Origin: Eledone cirrhosa
Lineage: Eukaryota
DNA: 64,000 bases
Reading direction: 5' to 3'
Assembly (NCBI GenBank): GCA_964016885.1
Contig: OZ024742.1
Coordinates: 163,370,001-163,434,000, forward strand
This document shows, piece by piece, positions 37,901 through 52,700 of this stretch. A program made the translations under genes and the position numbers. The notes beneath the pieces were generated by a model. That model was given only the letters and a program-made list of their open reading frames with translations. It was not told where the DNA came from and ran no database searches. Positions within the stretch are counted from its first letter, which is position 1; every line of letters begins with the position of its first letter.

Positions 37901-40900
37901 ATTTTTTTTTACAAATTATCTCCCCCTGATTTTTTTTTACAAATTATCTCCCCCTGATTTTTTTTACAAATTATCTCCCCTTGGATGGCTGGAAATTATC
38001 TCCCCTTGGAGGCTGGAATTTATCTCCCCTTGGACGGCTAGAAATTACCTCTCCTTGGACGGCTGGAAAATATGTCCTTGGACGGCTGGATATTATCTAC
38101 CCTTGGACAGCTGGAAATTATCTCCCCTTGGACGGCTGGAAATTATCTCCCCTTGGACGGCTAGATATTACCTCCCCTTGGACGGCTGGAAATTATCTCC
38201 CCTTGATTTATTTTACAAATTATCTCCCCCTGATTTTTTTTTACAAATTATCTCCCCCTGATTTTTTTTTACAAATTATCTACCCCTGATTTTTTTTTAC
38301 AAATTATCTCCCCCTGATTTTTGTTACAAATTATCTCCCTGATTTTTTACAAATTATCTCCCCCTGATTTTTTTACAAATTATCTTCCCTTGGCTGGCGG
38401 GAAATTATCTCCCCTTGGACGGCTGGAAATTATCTCCCCTTGCACGGCTGGAAATTATCTCCCCTTGGTCGGCTAGAAATTACCTCTACTTGGACGGCTG
38501 AAAATTATCTCCCCTTGAACGGCTGGAAATTATCTCCCCTTGGAAGGCTGGAAATTATCTCCCCTTGGACGGCTGGAAATTATCTCCCCTTGCACGGCTG
38601 GAAATTATCTCCCCTTGGACAGCTGGAAATTATCTGCCCTTGATTTTGTTTTTACAAATTATCTCCCCCTGATTTTTTTTACAAATTATCTCCACCTGAT
38701 TTTTTAAAAAATTATCTCCCCTTGGACGGCTGGAAATTATCTCCCCTTGGACGGCTAGAAATTATCTCTCTTTGGACGGCTGGAAATTATCTCCCTTTGA
38801 TTTTTTTTACAAATTATCTCCCTCTGATTTTTTTTACAAATTGCCCCCGGATTTTTAAAAAAAAATTATCTCCCCTTCGCTGGCTGGAAATTATCTCCCC
38901 TTGGACACTGGAAATTATAGCCCCTTGGAGGGCTGGAAATTATCTTCCCTTGGACGGCTGGAAATTATCTCCCCTTGATTTTTTTTACAAATTATCTCCC
39001 CCTGATTTTTTTTACAAATTATCTCCCCCTGATTTTTTTTTACAAATTATCTCCGCCTGATTTTTTTTTAAAATTATCTCTCCTTGGACGGCTGGAAATT
39101 ATCTCCCCTTGATTTTTTTTACAAATCATCTCCCCCTGATTTTTTTTACAAATTATCTCCCCCTGATTTTTTTTTACAAATTATCTACCCCTGATTTTTT
39201 TTTACAAATTATCTCCCCCTGATTTTTTTTACAAATTATCTCCCCCTGATTTTTTTTACAAATTATCTCCCCCTGATTTTTTTACAAATTATCTCCCCCT
39301 GATTTTTTTTACAAATTATCTCCGCCTAATTTTTTTAAATATTATCTCCCCTTGGACGGCTGAAAATTATCTCCCCTTGGACGGCTGGAAATTATCTCCC
39401 CTTGATTTTTTTACAAATTATCTCCCCCTGATTATTTTTTACAAATTATCTCCCCCTGATTTTTTTTACAAATCATCTCCCCCTGATTTTTTTTTACAAA
39501 TTATCTCCCCCTGATATTTTTTACAAATTATCTCCCCCTGATTTTTTTACAAATTATCTCCCCTTGGCTGGCTGGAAATTATCTCCCCTTGGAGGCTGGA
39601 ATTTATCTCCCCTTGGACGGCTAGAAATTACCTCGCCTTGGACGGCTGGAAAATGTCTCCTTGGACGGCTGGAAATTATCTCCCCTTGGACGGCTGGAAA
39701 TTATCTCCCCTTGGACGGCTAGATATTACCTCCCCTTGGACGGCTGGAAATTATCTCCCCTTGATTTTTTTTACAAATTATCTCCCCCTGATTTTTTTTT
39801 ACAAATTATCTCCCCCTGATTTTTTTTACGAATTATCTCCCCCTGATTTTTTTTTACAAATTATCTCCGCCTGATTTTTTTTTTAAAATTATCTCCCCTT
39901 GGACGGCTGGAAATTATCTCCCCTTGGACGGCTGGAAATTATCTCCCCTTGGACGGCTAGAAATTACCTCTCCTTGGACGGCTGAAAATTATCTCGCCTT
40001 GGACGGCTGCAAATTATCTCCCCTTGATTTTTTTAACAAATTATCTCCCCCTGATTTTTTTTTACAAATTATCTCCCCCTGATTTTTTTTACAAATTATC
40101 TCCCCCTGATTTTTTTTTACAAATTATCTCCCCCTGATTTTTTTTTACAAATTATCTCCCCCTGATTTTTTTTACAATCTCCGCCTGATTTTTTTAAAAA
40201 TTATCTTTCCTTGGCTGGCGGGAAATTATCTCCCCTTGATTTTTTTTACAAATTATCTCCCCCTGATTTTTTTTTACAAATTATCTCCCCCTGATTTTTT
40301 TTTACAAATTATCTTCGCCTGATTTTTTAAAAAAATTATCTCTCCTTGGACGGATGGATATTATCTCCCCTTTCATTTTTTTTACAAATTATCTCCCCCT
40401 GATATTTTTTTACAAATTATCTCCCCCTGATTTTTTTTTACAAATTATCTACCCCTGATTTTTTTTTACAAATTATCTCCCCCATATTTTTTTTACAAAT
40501 TATCTCCCCCTGATTTTTTTACAAATTATCTCCCCCTGATTTTTTTTACAAATTATCTCCCCTTGGCTGGCTGGAAATTATCTCCCCTTGGACGGCTGAA
40601 AATTATCTCCCCTTGGACGGCTGGAAATTATCTCCCCTTGATTTTTTTTACAAATTATCTCCCCCTGATTTTTTTTTACAAATTATCTCCCCCTGATTTT
40701 TTTTTACAAATTATCTCCCCCTGATTTTTTTTTACAAATTATCTCCCCATGATTTTTTTACAAATTATCTCCCCTTGGCTGGCTGGAAATTATCTCCCCT
40801 TGGAGGCTGGAATTTATCTCCCCTTAGACGGCTAGAAATTACCTCTCCTTGGACGGCTGGAAAATATGTCTCCTTGGACGGCTGGATATTATCTACCCTT

Positions 40901-41652
40901 GGACGGCTGGAAATTATCTCCCCTTGGACGGCTGGAAATTATCTCCCCTTGGACGGCAAGATATTACCTCCCCTTGGACGGCTGGAAATTATCTCCCCTT
41001 GATTTTTTTTACAAATTATCTCCCCCTGATTTTTTTTACAAATTATCTCCCCCTGATTTTTTTACAAATTATCTCTCCCTGATTTTTTTTACAAATTATC
41101 TCCGCCTAATTTTTTTAAATATTATCTTCCCTTGGCTGGCGGGAAATTATCTCCCCTTGGACGGCTGAAAATTATCTCCCCTTGGACGGCTGGAAATTAT
41201 CTCCCCTTGATTTTTTTTACAAATTATCTCCCCCTGATTATTTTTTACAAATTATCTCTCCCTGATTTTTTTTTACAAATTATCTCCCCCTGATTTTTTT
41301 TACAAATTATCTCCCCCTGATCTTTTTACAAATTATCTCCCCTTGGCTGGCTGGAAATTATCTCCCCTTGGAGGCTGGAATTTATCTCCCCTTGGACGGC
41401 TAGAAATTACCTCTCCTTGGACGGCTGGAAAATATGTCTCCTTGGACGGCTGGAAATTATCTCCCCTTGGACGGCTGGAAATTATCTCCCCTTGGACGGC
41501 TGGAAATTATCTCCCCTTGATTTTTGTTACAAATTATCTCACCCTGATTTTTTTTTACAAATTATCTCCCCCTGATTTTTTTTTACAAATTATCTCCCCC
41601 TGATATTTTTTACAAATTCTCTCCCCCTGATTTTTTTACAAATTATCTCCCC

Positions 41653-44390
41653 TTGGCTGGCTGGAAATTATCTCCCCTTGGAGGCTGGAATTTATCTCCC
41701 CTTGGACGGCTAGAAATTACCTCTCCTTGGACGGCTAGAAAATATGTCTCCTTGGACGGCTGGAAATTATCTCCCCTTGGACGGCTGGAAATTATCTCCT
41801 CTTGGACGGCTGGAAATTATCTCCCCTTGGGCGGCTAGATATTACCTCCCCTTGGACGGCTGGAAATTATCTCCCCTTGATTTTTTTTACAAATTATCTC
41901 CCCCTGATTTTTTTTACAAATTATCTCCCCCTGATTTTTTTTTACGAATTATCTCCGCCTGATTTTTTTTTAAAATGATCTCCCCTTGGACGGCTGGAAA
42001 TTATCTACCCTTGGACGGCTGGAAATTATCTCCCCTTGGACGGCTAGAAATTACCTCTCCTTGGACGGCTGAAAATTATCTCCCCTTGGACGGCTGCAAA
42101 TTATCTCCCCTTGATTTTTTTAACAAATTATCTCCCCCTGATTTTTTTTACAAATTATTTCCCCCTGATTTTTTTTACAAATTATCTACGCCTAATTTTT
42201 TTTACAAATTATCTCCCCCTGATTTTTTTTTACAAATTATCTCCCCCTGATTTTTTTTTACAAATTATCTCCCCCTGATTTTTTTTTACAAATTATCTCC
42301 CCCCTGATTTTTTTTACAATCTCCGCCTGATTTTTTTAAAAATTATCTTCCCTTGGCTGGCGGGAAATTATCTCCCCTTGGACGGCTGGAAATTATATCC
42401 CCTTGGAAGGATGGAAATTATCTCCCCTTGGACGGCTGGAAATTATCTCCCCTTGGACGGCTGGAAATTATCTCCCCTTGGACAGCTGGAAATTATCTGC
42501 CCTTGATTTTGTTTTTACAAATTATCTCCCCCTGATTTTTTTTTACAAATTATCTCCCCCTGATTTTTTTTTTACAAATTATCTCCCCCTGATTTTTTTA
42601 CAAATTATCTCCCCCTGATTTTTTTTACAAATTATCTCCGCCTGATTTTTTTAAATATTATCTTCCCTTGGCTGGCGGGAAATTATCTCCCCTTGGACGG
42701 CTGAAAATTATCTCCCCTTGGACGGCTGGAAATTATCTCCCCCTGATTTTTTTTTACAAATTATCTCCCCCTGATTTTTTTTTACAAATTATCTCCCCCT
42801 GATTTTTTTTACAAATTATCTCCCCCTGATTTTTTTACAAATTATCTCCCCTTGGCTGGCTGGAAATTATCTCCCCTTGGAGGCTGGAATTTATCTCCCC
42901 TTGGACGGCTAGAAATTACCTCTCCTTGGACGGCTGGAAAATATGTCTCCTTGGACGGCTGGATAATATCTACCCTTGGACGGCTGGAAATTATCTCCCC
43001 TTGGACGGCTGGAAATTATCTCCCCTTGGACGGCTAGATATTACCTCCCCTTGGACGGCTGGAAATTATCTCCCCTTGATTTTTTTTACAAATTATCTCC
43101 CCCTGATTTTTTTTACAAATTATCTCCACCTGATTTTTTTACAAATTATCTCCCCCTGATTTTTTTTACAAATTATCTCCGCCTAATTTTTTAAATATTA
43201 TCTTCCCTTGGCTGGCGGGAAATTATCTCCCCTTGGACGGCTGAAAATTATCTCCCCTTGGACGGCTGGAAATTATCTCCCCTTGATTTTTTTTACAAAT
43301 AATCTCCCCCTGATTATTTTTTACAAATTATCTCCCCCTGATTTTTTTTTACAAATTATCTCCCCCTGATTTTTTTTACAAATTATCTCCCCCTGATTTT
43401 TTTACAAATTATCTCCCCTTGGCTGGCTGGAAATTATCTCCCCTTGGAGGCTGGAATTTATCTCCCCTTGGACGGCTAGAAATTACCTCTCCTTGGACGG
43501 CTAGAAAATATGTCTCCTTGGACGGCTGGAAATTATCTCCCCTTGGACGGCTGGAAATTATCTCCTCTTGGACGGCTGGAAATTATCTCCCCTTGGGCGG
43601 CTAGATATTACCTCCCCTTGGACGGCTGGAAATTATCTCCCCCTGATTTTTTTTACAAATTATCTCCCCCTGATTTTTTTTTACGAATTATCTCCGCCTG
43701 ATTTTTTTTTTAAATGATCTCCCCTTGGACGGCTGGAAATTATCTCCCCTTGGACGGCTGGAAATTATCTCCCCTTGGACGGCTAGAAATTACCTCTCCT
43801 TGGACGGCTGAAAATTATCTCCCCTTGGACGGCTGCAAATTATCTCCCCTTGATTTTTTTAACAAATTATCTCCCCCTGATTTTTTTTACAAATTATCTC
43901 CCCCTGATTTTTTTTACAAATTATCTACGCCTAATTTTTTTTACAAATTATCTCCCCCTGATTTTTTTTTACAAATTATCTCCTGATTTTTTTTTACAAA
44001 TTATCTCCCCCTGATTTTTTTTTACAAATTATCTCCCCCCTGATTTTTTTTACAATCTCCGCCTGATTTTTTTAAAAATTATCTTCCCTTGGCTGGCGGG
44101 TAATTATCTCCCCTTGGACGGCTGGAAATTATATCCCCTTGGAAGGATGGAAATTATCTCCCCTTGGACGGCTGGAAATTATCTCCCCTTGGACGGCTGG
44201 AAATTATCTCCCCTTGGACAGCTGGAAATTATCTGCCCTTGATTTTGTTTTTACAAATTATCTCCCCCTGATTTTTTTTTACAAATTATCTCCCCCTGAT
44301 TTTTTTTTTACAAATTATCTCCCCCTGATTTTTTTACAAATTATCTCCCCCTGATTTTTTTTACAAATTATCTCCGCCTGATTTTTTTTT
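41653..44390. repeat. Local ~1.75-kb-offset duplication
   Basis: Offsets 41653/43419 (1766), 41975/43714 (1739) and 42403/44139 (1736). Both copies share the TCTCCTCTTGG and TTGGGCGGCTAG variants. Confidence 0.85.
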
Positions 44391-46799
44391 TAAAATGATC
44401 TCCCCTTGGACGGCTGGAAATTATCTCCCCTTGGGCGGCTGGAAATTATCTCCCCTTGGACGGCTAGAAATTACCTCTCCTTGGACGGCTGAAAATTATC
44501 TCCCCTTGGACGGCTGTAAATTATCTCCCCTTGATTTTTTTAACAAATTATCTCCCCCTGATTTTTTTTACAAATTATCTCCCCCTGATTTTTTTTTACA
44601 AATTATCTACGCCTAATTTTTTTTACAAATTATCTCCCCTTGATTTTTTTTTACAAATTATCTCCCCCTGATTTTTTTTACAAATTATCTCCCCCTGATT
44701 TTTTTTTACAAATTATCTCCCCCCTGATTTTTTTTACAATCTCCGCCTGATTTTCTTAAAAATTATCTTCCCTTGGCTGGCGGGAAATTATCTCCCCTTG
44801 GACGGCTGGAAATTATATCCCCTTGGAAGGATGGAAATTATCTCCCCTTGGACGGCTGGAAATTATCTCCCCTTGGACGGCTGGAAATTATCTCCCCTTG
44901 GACAGCTGGAAATTATCTGCCCTTGATTTTGTTTTTACAAATTATCTCCCCCTGATTTTTTTTACAAATTATCTCCACCTGATTTTTAAAAAAATTATCT
45001 CCCCTTGGACGGCAGTAAATTATCTCTCCTTGGCTGGAAATGATCTCCCCTTGGACGGCTAGAAATTATCTCTATTTGGACGGCTGGAAATTATCTCCCT
45101 TTGATTTTTTTTACAAATTATCTCCCCCTGATTTTTTTTTAAAATTATCTCTCCTTGGACGGCTGGAAATTATCTCCCCTTGATTTTTTTTACAAATTAT
45201 CTACCCCTGATTTTTTTTACAAATTATCTCCCCCTGATTTTTTTTTACAAATTATCTACCCCTGATTTTTTTTTACAAATTATCTCCCCCTGATTTTTTT
45301 TACAAATTATCTCCCCCTGATTTTTTTACAAATTATCTCCCCCTGATTTTTTTTACAAATTATCTCCGCCTAATTTTTTTAAATATTATCTTGCCTTGGC
45401 TGGCGGGAAATTATCTCCCCTTGGACGGCTGAAAATTATCTCCCCTTGGACGGCTGGAAATTATCTCCCCTTGGAGGCTGGAATTTATCTCCCCTTGGAC
45501 GGCAAGAAATTACCTCTCCTTGGACGGCTGGAAAATATGTCTCCTTGGACGGCTAGAAATTATCTCCCCTTGGACGGCTGGAAATTATCTCCCCTTGGAC
45601 GGCTGGAAATTATCTCTCCTCGGACGGCTAGAAATTACCTCTCCTTGGACCGCTGAAAATTATCTCCCCTTGGACGGCTGGAAATTATCTCCCCTTGATT
45701 TTTTTTACAAATTATCTCCCCCTGATTTTTTTTTACAAATTATCTCCCCCTGATATTTTTTACAAATTATCTCCCCCTGATTTTTTTACAAATTATCTCC
45801 CCTTGGCTGGCTGGAAATTATCTCCCCTTGGAGGCTGGAATTTATCTCCCCTTGGACGGCTAGAAATTACCTCGCCTTGGACGGCTGGAAAATATGTCTC
45901 CTTGGACGGCTGGAAATTATCTCTTCTTGGACGGCTGGAAATTATCTCCCCTTGGACGGCTAGATATTACCTCCCCTTGGACGGCTGGAAATTATCTCCC
46001 CTTGATTTTTTTTACAAATTAGCTCCCCCTGATTTTTTTTTACAAATTATCTCCCCCTGATTTTTTTTTACGAATTATCTCCCCCTGATTTTTTTTTACA
46101 AATTATCTCCGCCTGATTTTTTTTTTTAAATTATCTCCCCTTGGACGGCTGGAAATTATCTCCCCTTGGACGGCTAGAAGTTACCTCTCCTTGGACGGCT
46201 GAAAATTATCTCCCCTTGGACGGCTGCAAATTATCTCCCCTTGATTTTTTTAACAAATTATCTCCCCCTGATTTTTTCTTACAAATTATCTCCCCCTGAT
46301 TTTTTTTTACAAATTATCTCCCCCTGATTTTTTTTTACAAATTATCTCCCCCTGATTTTTTTACAAATTATCTCCCCCCTGATTTTTATTACAATCTCCG
46401 CCTGATTTTTTAAAAAATTATCTTCCCTTGGCTGGCGGGAAATTATCTCCCCTTGGACGGCTGGAAATTATATCCCCTTGGAAGGATGGAAATTAACTCC
46501 CCTTGGACGGCTGGAAATTATCTCCCCTTGGACGGCTGGAAATTATCTCCCCTTGGACAGCTGGAAATTATCTGCCCTTGATTTTGTTTTTACAAATTAT
46601 CTCCCCCTGATTTTTTTTACAAATTATCTCCACCTGATTTTTAAAAAAATTATCTCCCCTTGGACGGCTGGAAATTATCTCCCCTTGGCTGGAAATTATC
46701 TCCCCTTGGACGGCTAGAAATTATCTCTCTTTGGACGGCTGGAAATTATCTCCCCTTCGCTGGCTGGAAATTATCTCCCCTTGGACGCTGGAAATTATA

Positions 46800-49700
46800 G
46801 CCCCTTGGAGGGCTGGAAATTATCTTCCCTTGGACGGCTGGAAATTATCTCCCCTTGATTTTTTTTACAAATTATCTCCCCCTGATTTTTTTTACAAATT
46901 ATCTCCCCCTGATTTTTTTTTACAAATTATCTCCCCCTGATTTTTTTTTTACAAATTATCTCCGCCTGATTTTTTAAAAAAATTATCTCCCCCTGATTTT
47001 TTTTTTACAAATTATCTCCCCCTGATTTTTTTTCTACAAATTATCTCCCCCTGATTTTTTTACAAATTATCTCCCCCTGATTTTTTTTACAATATCCGCC
47101 CGATTTTTTTAAAAATTATCTTCCCTTGGCTGGCGGGAAATTATCTCCCCTTGGACGGCTGGAAATTATCTCCCCTTGGAAGGATGGAAATTATCTCCCC
47201 TTGGACGGCTGGAAATTATCTCCCCTTGCACGGCTGGAAATTATCTCCCCTTGGACAGCTGGAAATTATCTGCCCTTGATTTTGTTTTTACAAATTATCT
47301 CCACCTGATTTTTTAAAAAATTATCTCCCCTTGGACGGCTGGAAATTATCTCCCCTTGGACGGCTAGAAATTATCTCTCTTTGGACGGCTGGAAATTATC
47401 TCCCTTTGATTTTTTTTACAAATTTCACCCTGATTTTTAAAAAAAAATTATCTCCCCTTCGCTGGCTGGAAATTATCTCCCCTTGGACACTGGAAATTAT
47501 AGCCCCTTGGAGGGCTGGAAATTATCTTCCCTTGGACGGCTGGAAATTATCTCCCCTTGATTTTTTTTACAAATAATCTCCCCCTGATTTTTTTTTACAA
47601 ATTATCTCCCCCTGATTTTTTTTAACAAATTATCTCCGCCTGATTTTTTTTTAAAATTATCTCTCCTTGGACGGCTGGAAATTATCTCCACTTGATTTTT
47701 TTTACAAATCATCTCCCCCTGATTTTTTTTTACAAATTATCTCCCCCTGATTTTTTTTTACAAATTATCTTCCCCTGATTTTTTTTTACAAATTATCTCC
47801 CCCTGATTTTTTTTACAAATGATCTCCCCATGATTTTTTTACAAATTATCTCCCCTTGGCTGGCTGGAAATTATCTCCCCTTGGAGGCTGGAATTTATCT
47901 CCCCTTGGACGGCTAGAAATTACCTCTCCTTGGACGGCTGGAAAATATGTCTCCTTGGACGGCTGGATATTATCTACCCTTGGACGGCTGGAAATTATCT
48001 CCCCTTGGACGGCTGGAAATTATCTCCCCTTGGACGGCTAGATATTACCTCCCCTTGGACGGCTGGAAATTATCTCCCCTTGATTTTTTTACAAATTATC
48101 TCCCCCTGATTATTTTTTACAAATTATCTCCCCCTGATTTTTTTTTACAAATTATCTCCCTCTGATTTTTTTTACAAATTATCTCCCCCTGATTTTTTTA
48201 CAAATTATCTTCCCTTGGCTGGCGGGAAATTATCTCCCCTTGGACGGCTGGAAATTATCTCCCCTTGGAAGGATGGAAATTATCTCCCCTTGGACGGCTG
48301 GAAATTATCTCCCCTTGCACGGCTGGAAATTATCTCCCCTTGGACAGCTGGAAATTATCTGCCCTTGATTTTGTTTTTACAAATTATCTCCACCTGATTT
48401 TTTAAAAAATTATCTCCCCTTGGACGGCTGGAAATTATCTCCCCTTGGACGGCTAGAAATTATCTCTCTTTGGACGGCTGGAAATTATCTCCCTTTGATT
48501 TTTTTTACAAATTTCCCCCTGATTTTTTAAAAAAAATTATCTCCCCTTCGCTGGCTGGAAATTATCTCCCCTTGGACACTGGAAATTATAGCCCCTTGGA
48601 GGGCTGGAAATTATCTTCCCTTCGACGGCTGGAAATTATCTCCCCTTGATTTTTTTTACAAATAATCTCCCCCTGATTTTTTTTTACAAATTATCTCCCC
48701 CTGATTTTTTTTTACAAATTATCTCCGCCTGATTTTTTTTTAAAATTATCTCTCCTTGGACGACTGGAAATTATCTCCACTTGATTTTTTTTACAAATCA
48801 TCTCCCCCTGATTTTTTTTACAAATTATCTCCCCCTGATTTTTTTTTACAAATTATCTTCCCCTGATTTTTTTTTACAAATTATCTCCCCCTGATTTTTT
48901 TTACAAATTATCTCCCCATGATTTTTTTACAAATTATCTCCCCTTGGCTGGCTGGAAATTATCTCCCCTTGGAGGCTGGAATTTATCTCCCCTTGGACGG
49001 CTAGAAATTACCTCTCCTTGGACGGCTGGAAAATATGTCTCCTTGGACGGCTGGATATTATCTACCCTTGGACGGCTGGAAATTATCTCCCCTTGGACGG
49101 CTGGAAATTATCTCCCCTTGGACGGCTAGATATTACCTCCCCTTGGACGGCTGGAAATTATCTCCCCTTGATTTTTTTTACAAATTATCTCCCCCTGATT
49201 TTTTTTACAAATTATCTCCCCCTGATTTTTTTACAAATTATCTCCCCATGATTTTTCTACAAATTATCTCCGCCTAATTTTTTTAAATATTATCTTCTCT
49301 TGGCTGGCGGGAAATTATCTCCCCTTGGACGGCTGAAAATTATCTCCCCTTGGACGGCTGGAAATTATCTCCCCTTGATTTTTTTACAAATTATCTCCCC
49401 CTGATTATTTTTTACAAATTATCTCCCCCTGATTTTTTTTTACAAATTATCTCCCTCTGATTTTTTTTACAAATTATCTCCCCCTGATTTTTTTACAAAT
49501 TATCTTCCCTTGGCTGGCGGGAAATTATCTCCCCTTGGACGGCTGGAAATTATCTCCCCTTGGAAGGATGGAAATTATCTCCCCTTGGACGGCTGGAAAT
49601 TATCTCCCCTTGCACGGCTGGAAATTATCTCCCCTTGGACAGCTGGAAATTATCTGCCCTTGATTTTGTTTTTACAAATTATCTCCACCTGATTTTTTAA

Positions 49701-52700
49701 AAAATTATCTCCCCTTGGACGGCTGGAAATTATCTCCCCTTGGACGGCTAGAAATTATCTCTCTTTGGACGGCTGGAAATTATCTCCCTTTGAATTTTTT
49801 TACAAATTTCCCCCTGATTTTTTAAAAAAAATTATCTCCCCTTCGCTGGCTGGAAATTATCTCCCCTTGGACACTGGAAATTATAGCCCCTTGGAGGGCT
49901 GGAAATTATCTTCCCTTGGACGGCTGGAAATTATCTCCCCTTGATTTTTTTTACAAATAATCTCCCCCTGATTTTTTTTTACAAATTATCTCCCCCTGAT
50001 TTTTTTTTACAAATTATCTCCACCTGATTTTTTAAAAAATTATCTCCCCTTGGACGGCTGGAAATTATCTCCCCTTGGACGGCTAGAAATTATCTCTCTT
50101 TGGACGGCTGGAAATTATCTCCCTTTGATTTTTTTTACAAATTTCCCCCTGATTTTTTAAAAAAAATTATCTCCCCTTCGCTGGCTGGAAATTATCTCCC
50201 CTTGGACACTGGAAATTATAGCCCCTTGGAGGGCTGGAAATTATCTTCCCTTCGACGGCTGGAAATTATCTCCCCTTGATTTTTTTTACAAATAATCTCC
50301 CCCTGATTTTTTTTTACAAATTATCTCCCCCTGATTTTTTTTTACAAATTATCTCCGCCTGATTTTTTTTTAAAATTATCTCTCCTTGGACGGCTGGAAA
50401 TTATCTCCACTTGATTTTTTTTACAAATCATCTCCCCCTGATTTTTTTTACAAATTATCTCCCCCTGATTTTTTTTTACAAATTATCTTCCCCTGATTTT
50501 TTTTTACAAATTATCTCCCCCTGATTTTTTTTACAAATTATCTCCCCATGATTTTTTTACAAATTATCTCCCCTTGGCTGGCTGGAAATTATCTCCCCTT
50601 GGAGGCTGGAATTTATCTCCCCTTGGACGGCTAGAAATTACCTCTCCTTGGACGGCTGGAAAATATGTCTCCTTGGACGGCTGGATATTATCTACCCTTG
50701 GACGGCTGGAAATTATCTCCCCTTGGACGGCTGGAAATTATCTCCCCTTGGACGGCTAGATATTACCTCCCCTTGGACGGCTGGAAATTATCTCCCCTTG
50801 ATTTTTTTTACAAATTATCTCCCCCTGATTTTTTTTACAAATTATCTCCCCCTGATTTTTTTACAAATTATCTCCCCATGATTTTTCTACAAATTATCTC
50901 CGCCTAATTTTTTTAAATATTATCTTCCCTTGGCTGGCGGGAAATTATCTCCCCTTGGACGGCTGAAAATTATCTCCCCTTGGACGGCTGGAAATTATCT
51001 CCCCTTGATTTTTTTACAAATTATCTCCCCCTGATTATTTTTTACAAATTATCTCCCCCTGATTTTTTTTTACAAATTATCTCCCTCTGATTTTTTTTAC
51101 AAATTATCTCCCCCTGATTTTTTTACAAATTATCGACCCTTGGCTGGCTGGAAATTATCTCCCCTTGGAGGCTGGAATTTATCACCCCTTGGACGGTTAG
51201 AAATTACCTCTCCTTGGACGGCTGGAAAATATGTCTCCTTGGACGGCTGGAAATTATCTCCCCTTGGACGGCTGGAAATTATCTCCCCTTGGACGGCTGG
51301 AAATTATCTCTCCTCGGACGGCTAGAAATTACCTCTCCTTGGACGGCTGAAAATTATCTCCCCTTGGACGGCTGGAAATTATCTCCCCTTGATTTTTTTT
51401 ACAAATTATCTCCCCCTGATTTTTTTTTACAAATTATCTCCCCCTGATTTTTTTTTACAAATTATCTCCCCCTGATTTTTTTTTACAAATTATCTCCCCC
51501 TGATATTTTTTACAAATTATCTCCCCCTGATTTTTTTACAAATTATCTCCCCTTGGCTGGCTGGAAATTATCTCCCCTTGGAGGCTGGAATTTATCTCCC
51601 CTTGGACGGCTAGAAATTACCTCGCCTTGGACGGCTGGAAAATATGTCTCCTTGGACGGCTGGAAATTATCTCCCCTTGGACGGCTGGAAATTATCTCCC
51701 CTTGGACGGCTAGATATTACCTCCCCTTGGACGGCTGGAAATTATCTCCCCTTGATTTTTTTTTACAAATTATCTCCCCCTGATTTTTTTTTACAAATTA
51801 TCTCCCCCTGATTTTTTTTTACGAATTATCTCCCCCTGATTTTTTTTACAAATTATCTCCGCCTGATTTTTTTAAAAAAATTATCTCCCCTTGGACGGCT
51901 GGAAATTATCTCCCCTTGATTTTTTTTACAAATTATCTCCCCCTGATTTTTTTTACAAATTATCTCCCCCTGATTTTTTTTTACAAATTATCTCCCCCTG
52001 ATTTTTTTTTTACAAATTATCTCCGCCTGATTTTTTAAAAAAATTATCTCCCCCTGATTTTTTTTTTACAAATTATCTCCCCCTGATTTTTTTTCTACAA
52101 ATTATCTCGCCCTGATTTTTTTACAAATTATCTCCCCCTGATTTTTTTTACAATATCCGCCCGATTTTTTTAAAAATTATCTTCCCTTGGCTGGCGGGAA
52201 ATTATCTCCCCTTGGACGGCTGGAAATTATCTCCCCTTGGAAGGATGGAAATTATCTCCCCTTGGACCACTGGAAATTATCTCCCCTTGCACGGCTGGAA
52301 ATTATCTCCCCTTGGACAGCTGGAAATTATCTGCCCTTGATTTTGTTTTTACAAATTATCTCCACCTGATTTTTTAAAAAATTATCTCCCCTTGGACGGC
52401 TGGAAATTATCTCCCCTTGGACGGCTAGAAATTATCTCTCTTTGGACGGCTGGAAATTATCTCCCTTTGATTTTTTTTACAAATTGCCCCCTGATTTTTT
52501 AAAAAAAATTATCTCCCCTTCGCTGGCTGGAAATTATCCCCCCTTGGACACTGGAAATTATAGCCCCTTGGAGGGCTGGAAATTATCTTCCCTTGGACGG
52601 CTGGAAATTATCTCCCCTTGATTTTTTTTACAAATAATCTCCCCCTGATTTTTTTTTACAAATTATCTCCCCCTGATTTTTTTTTACAAATTATCTCCGC

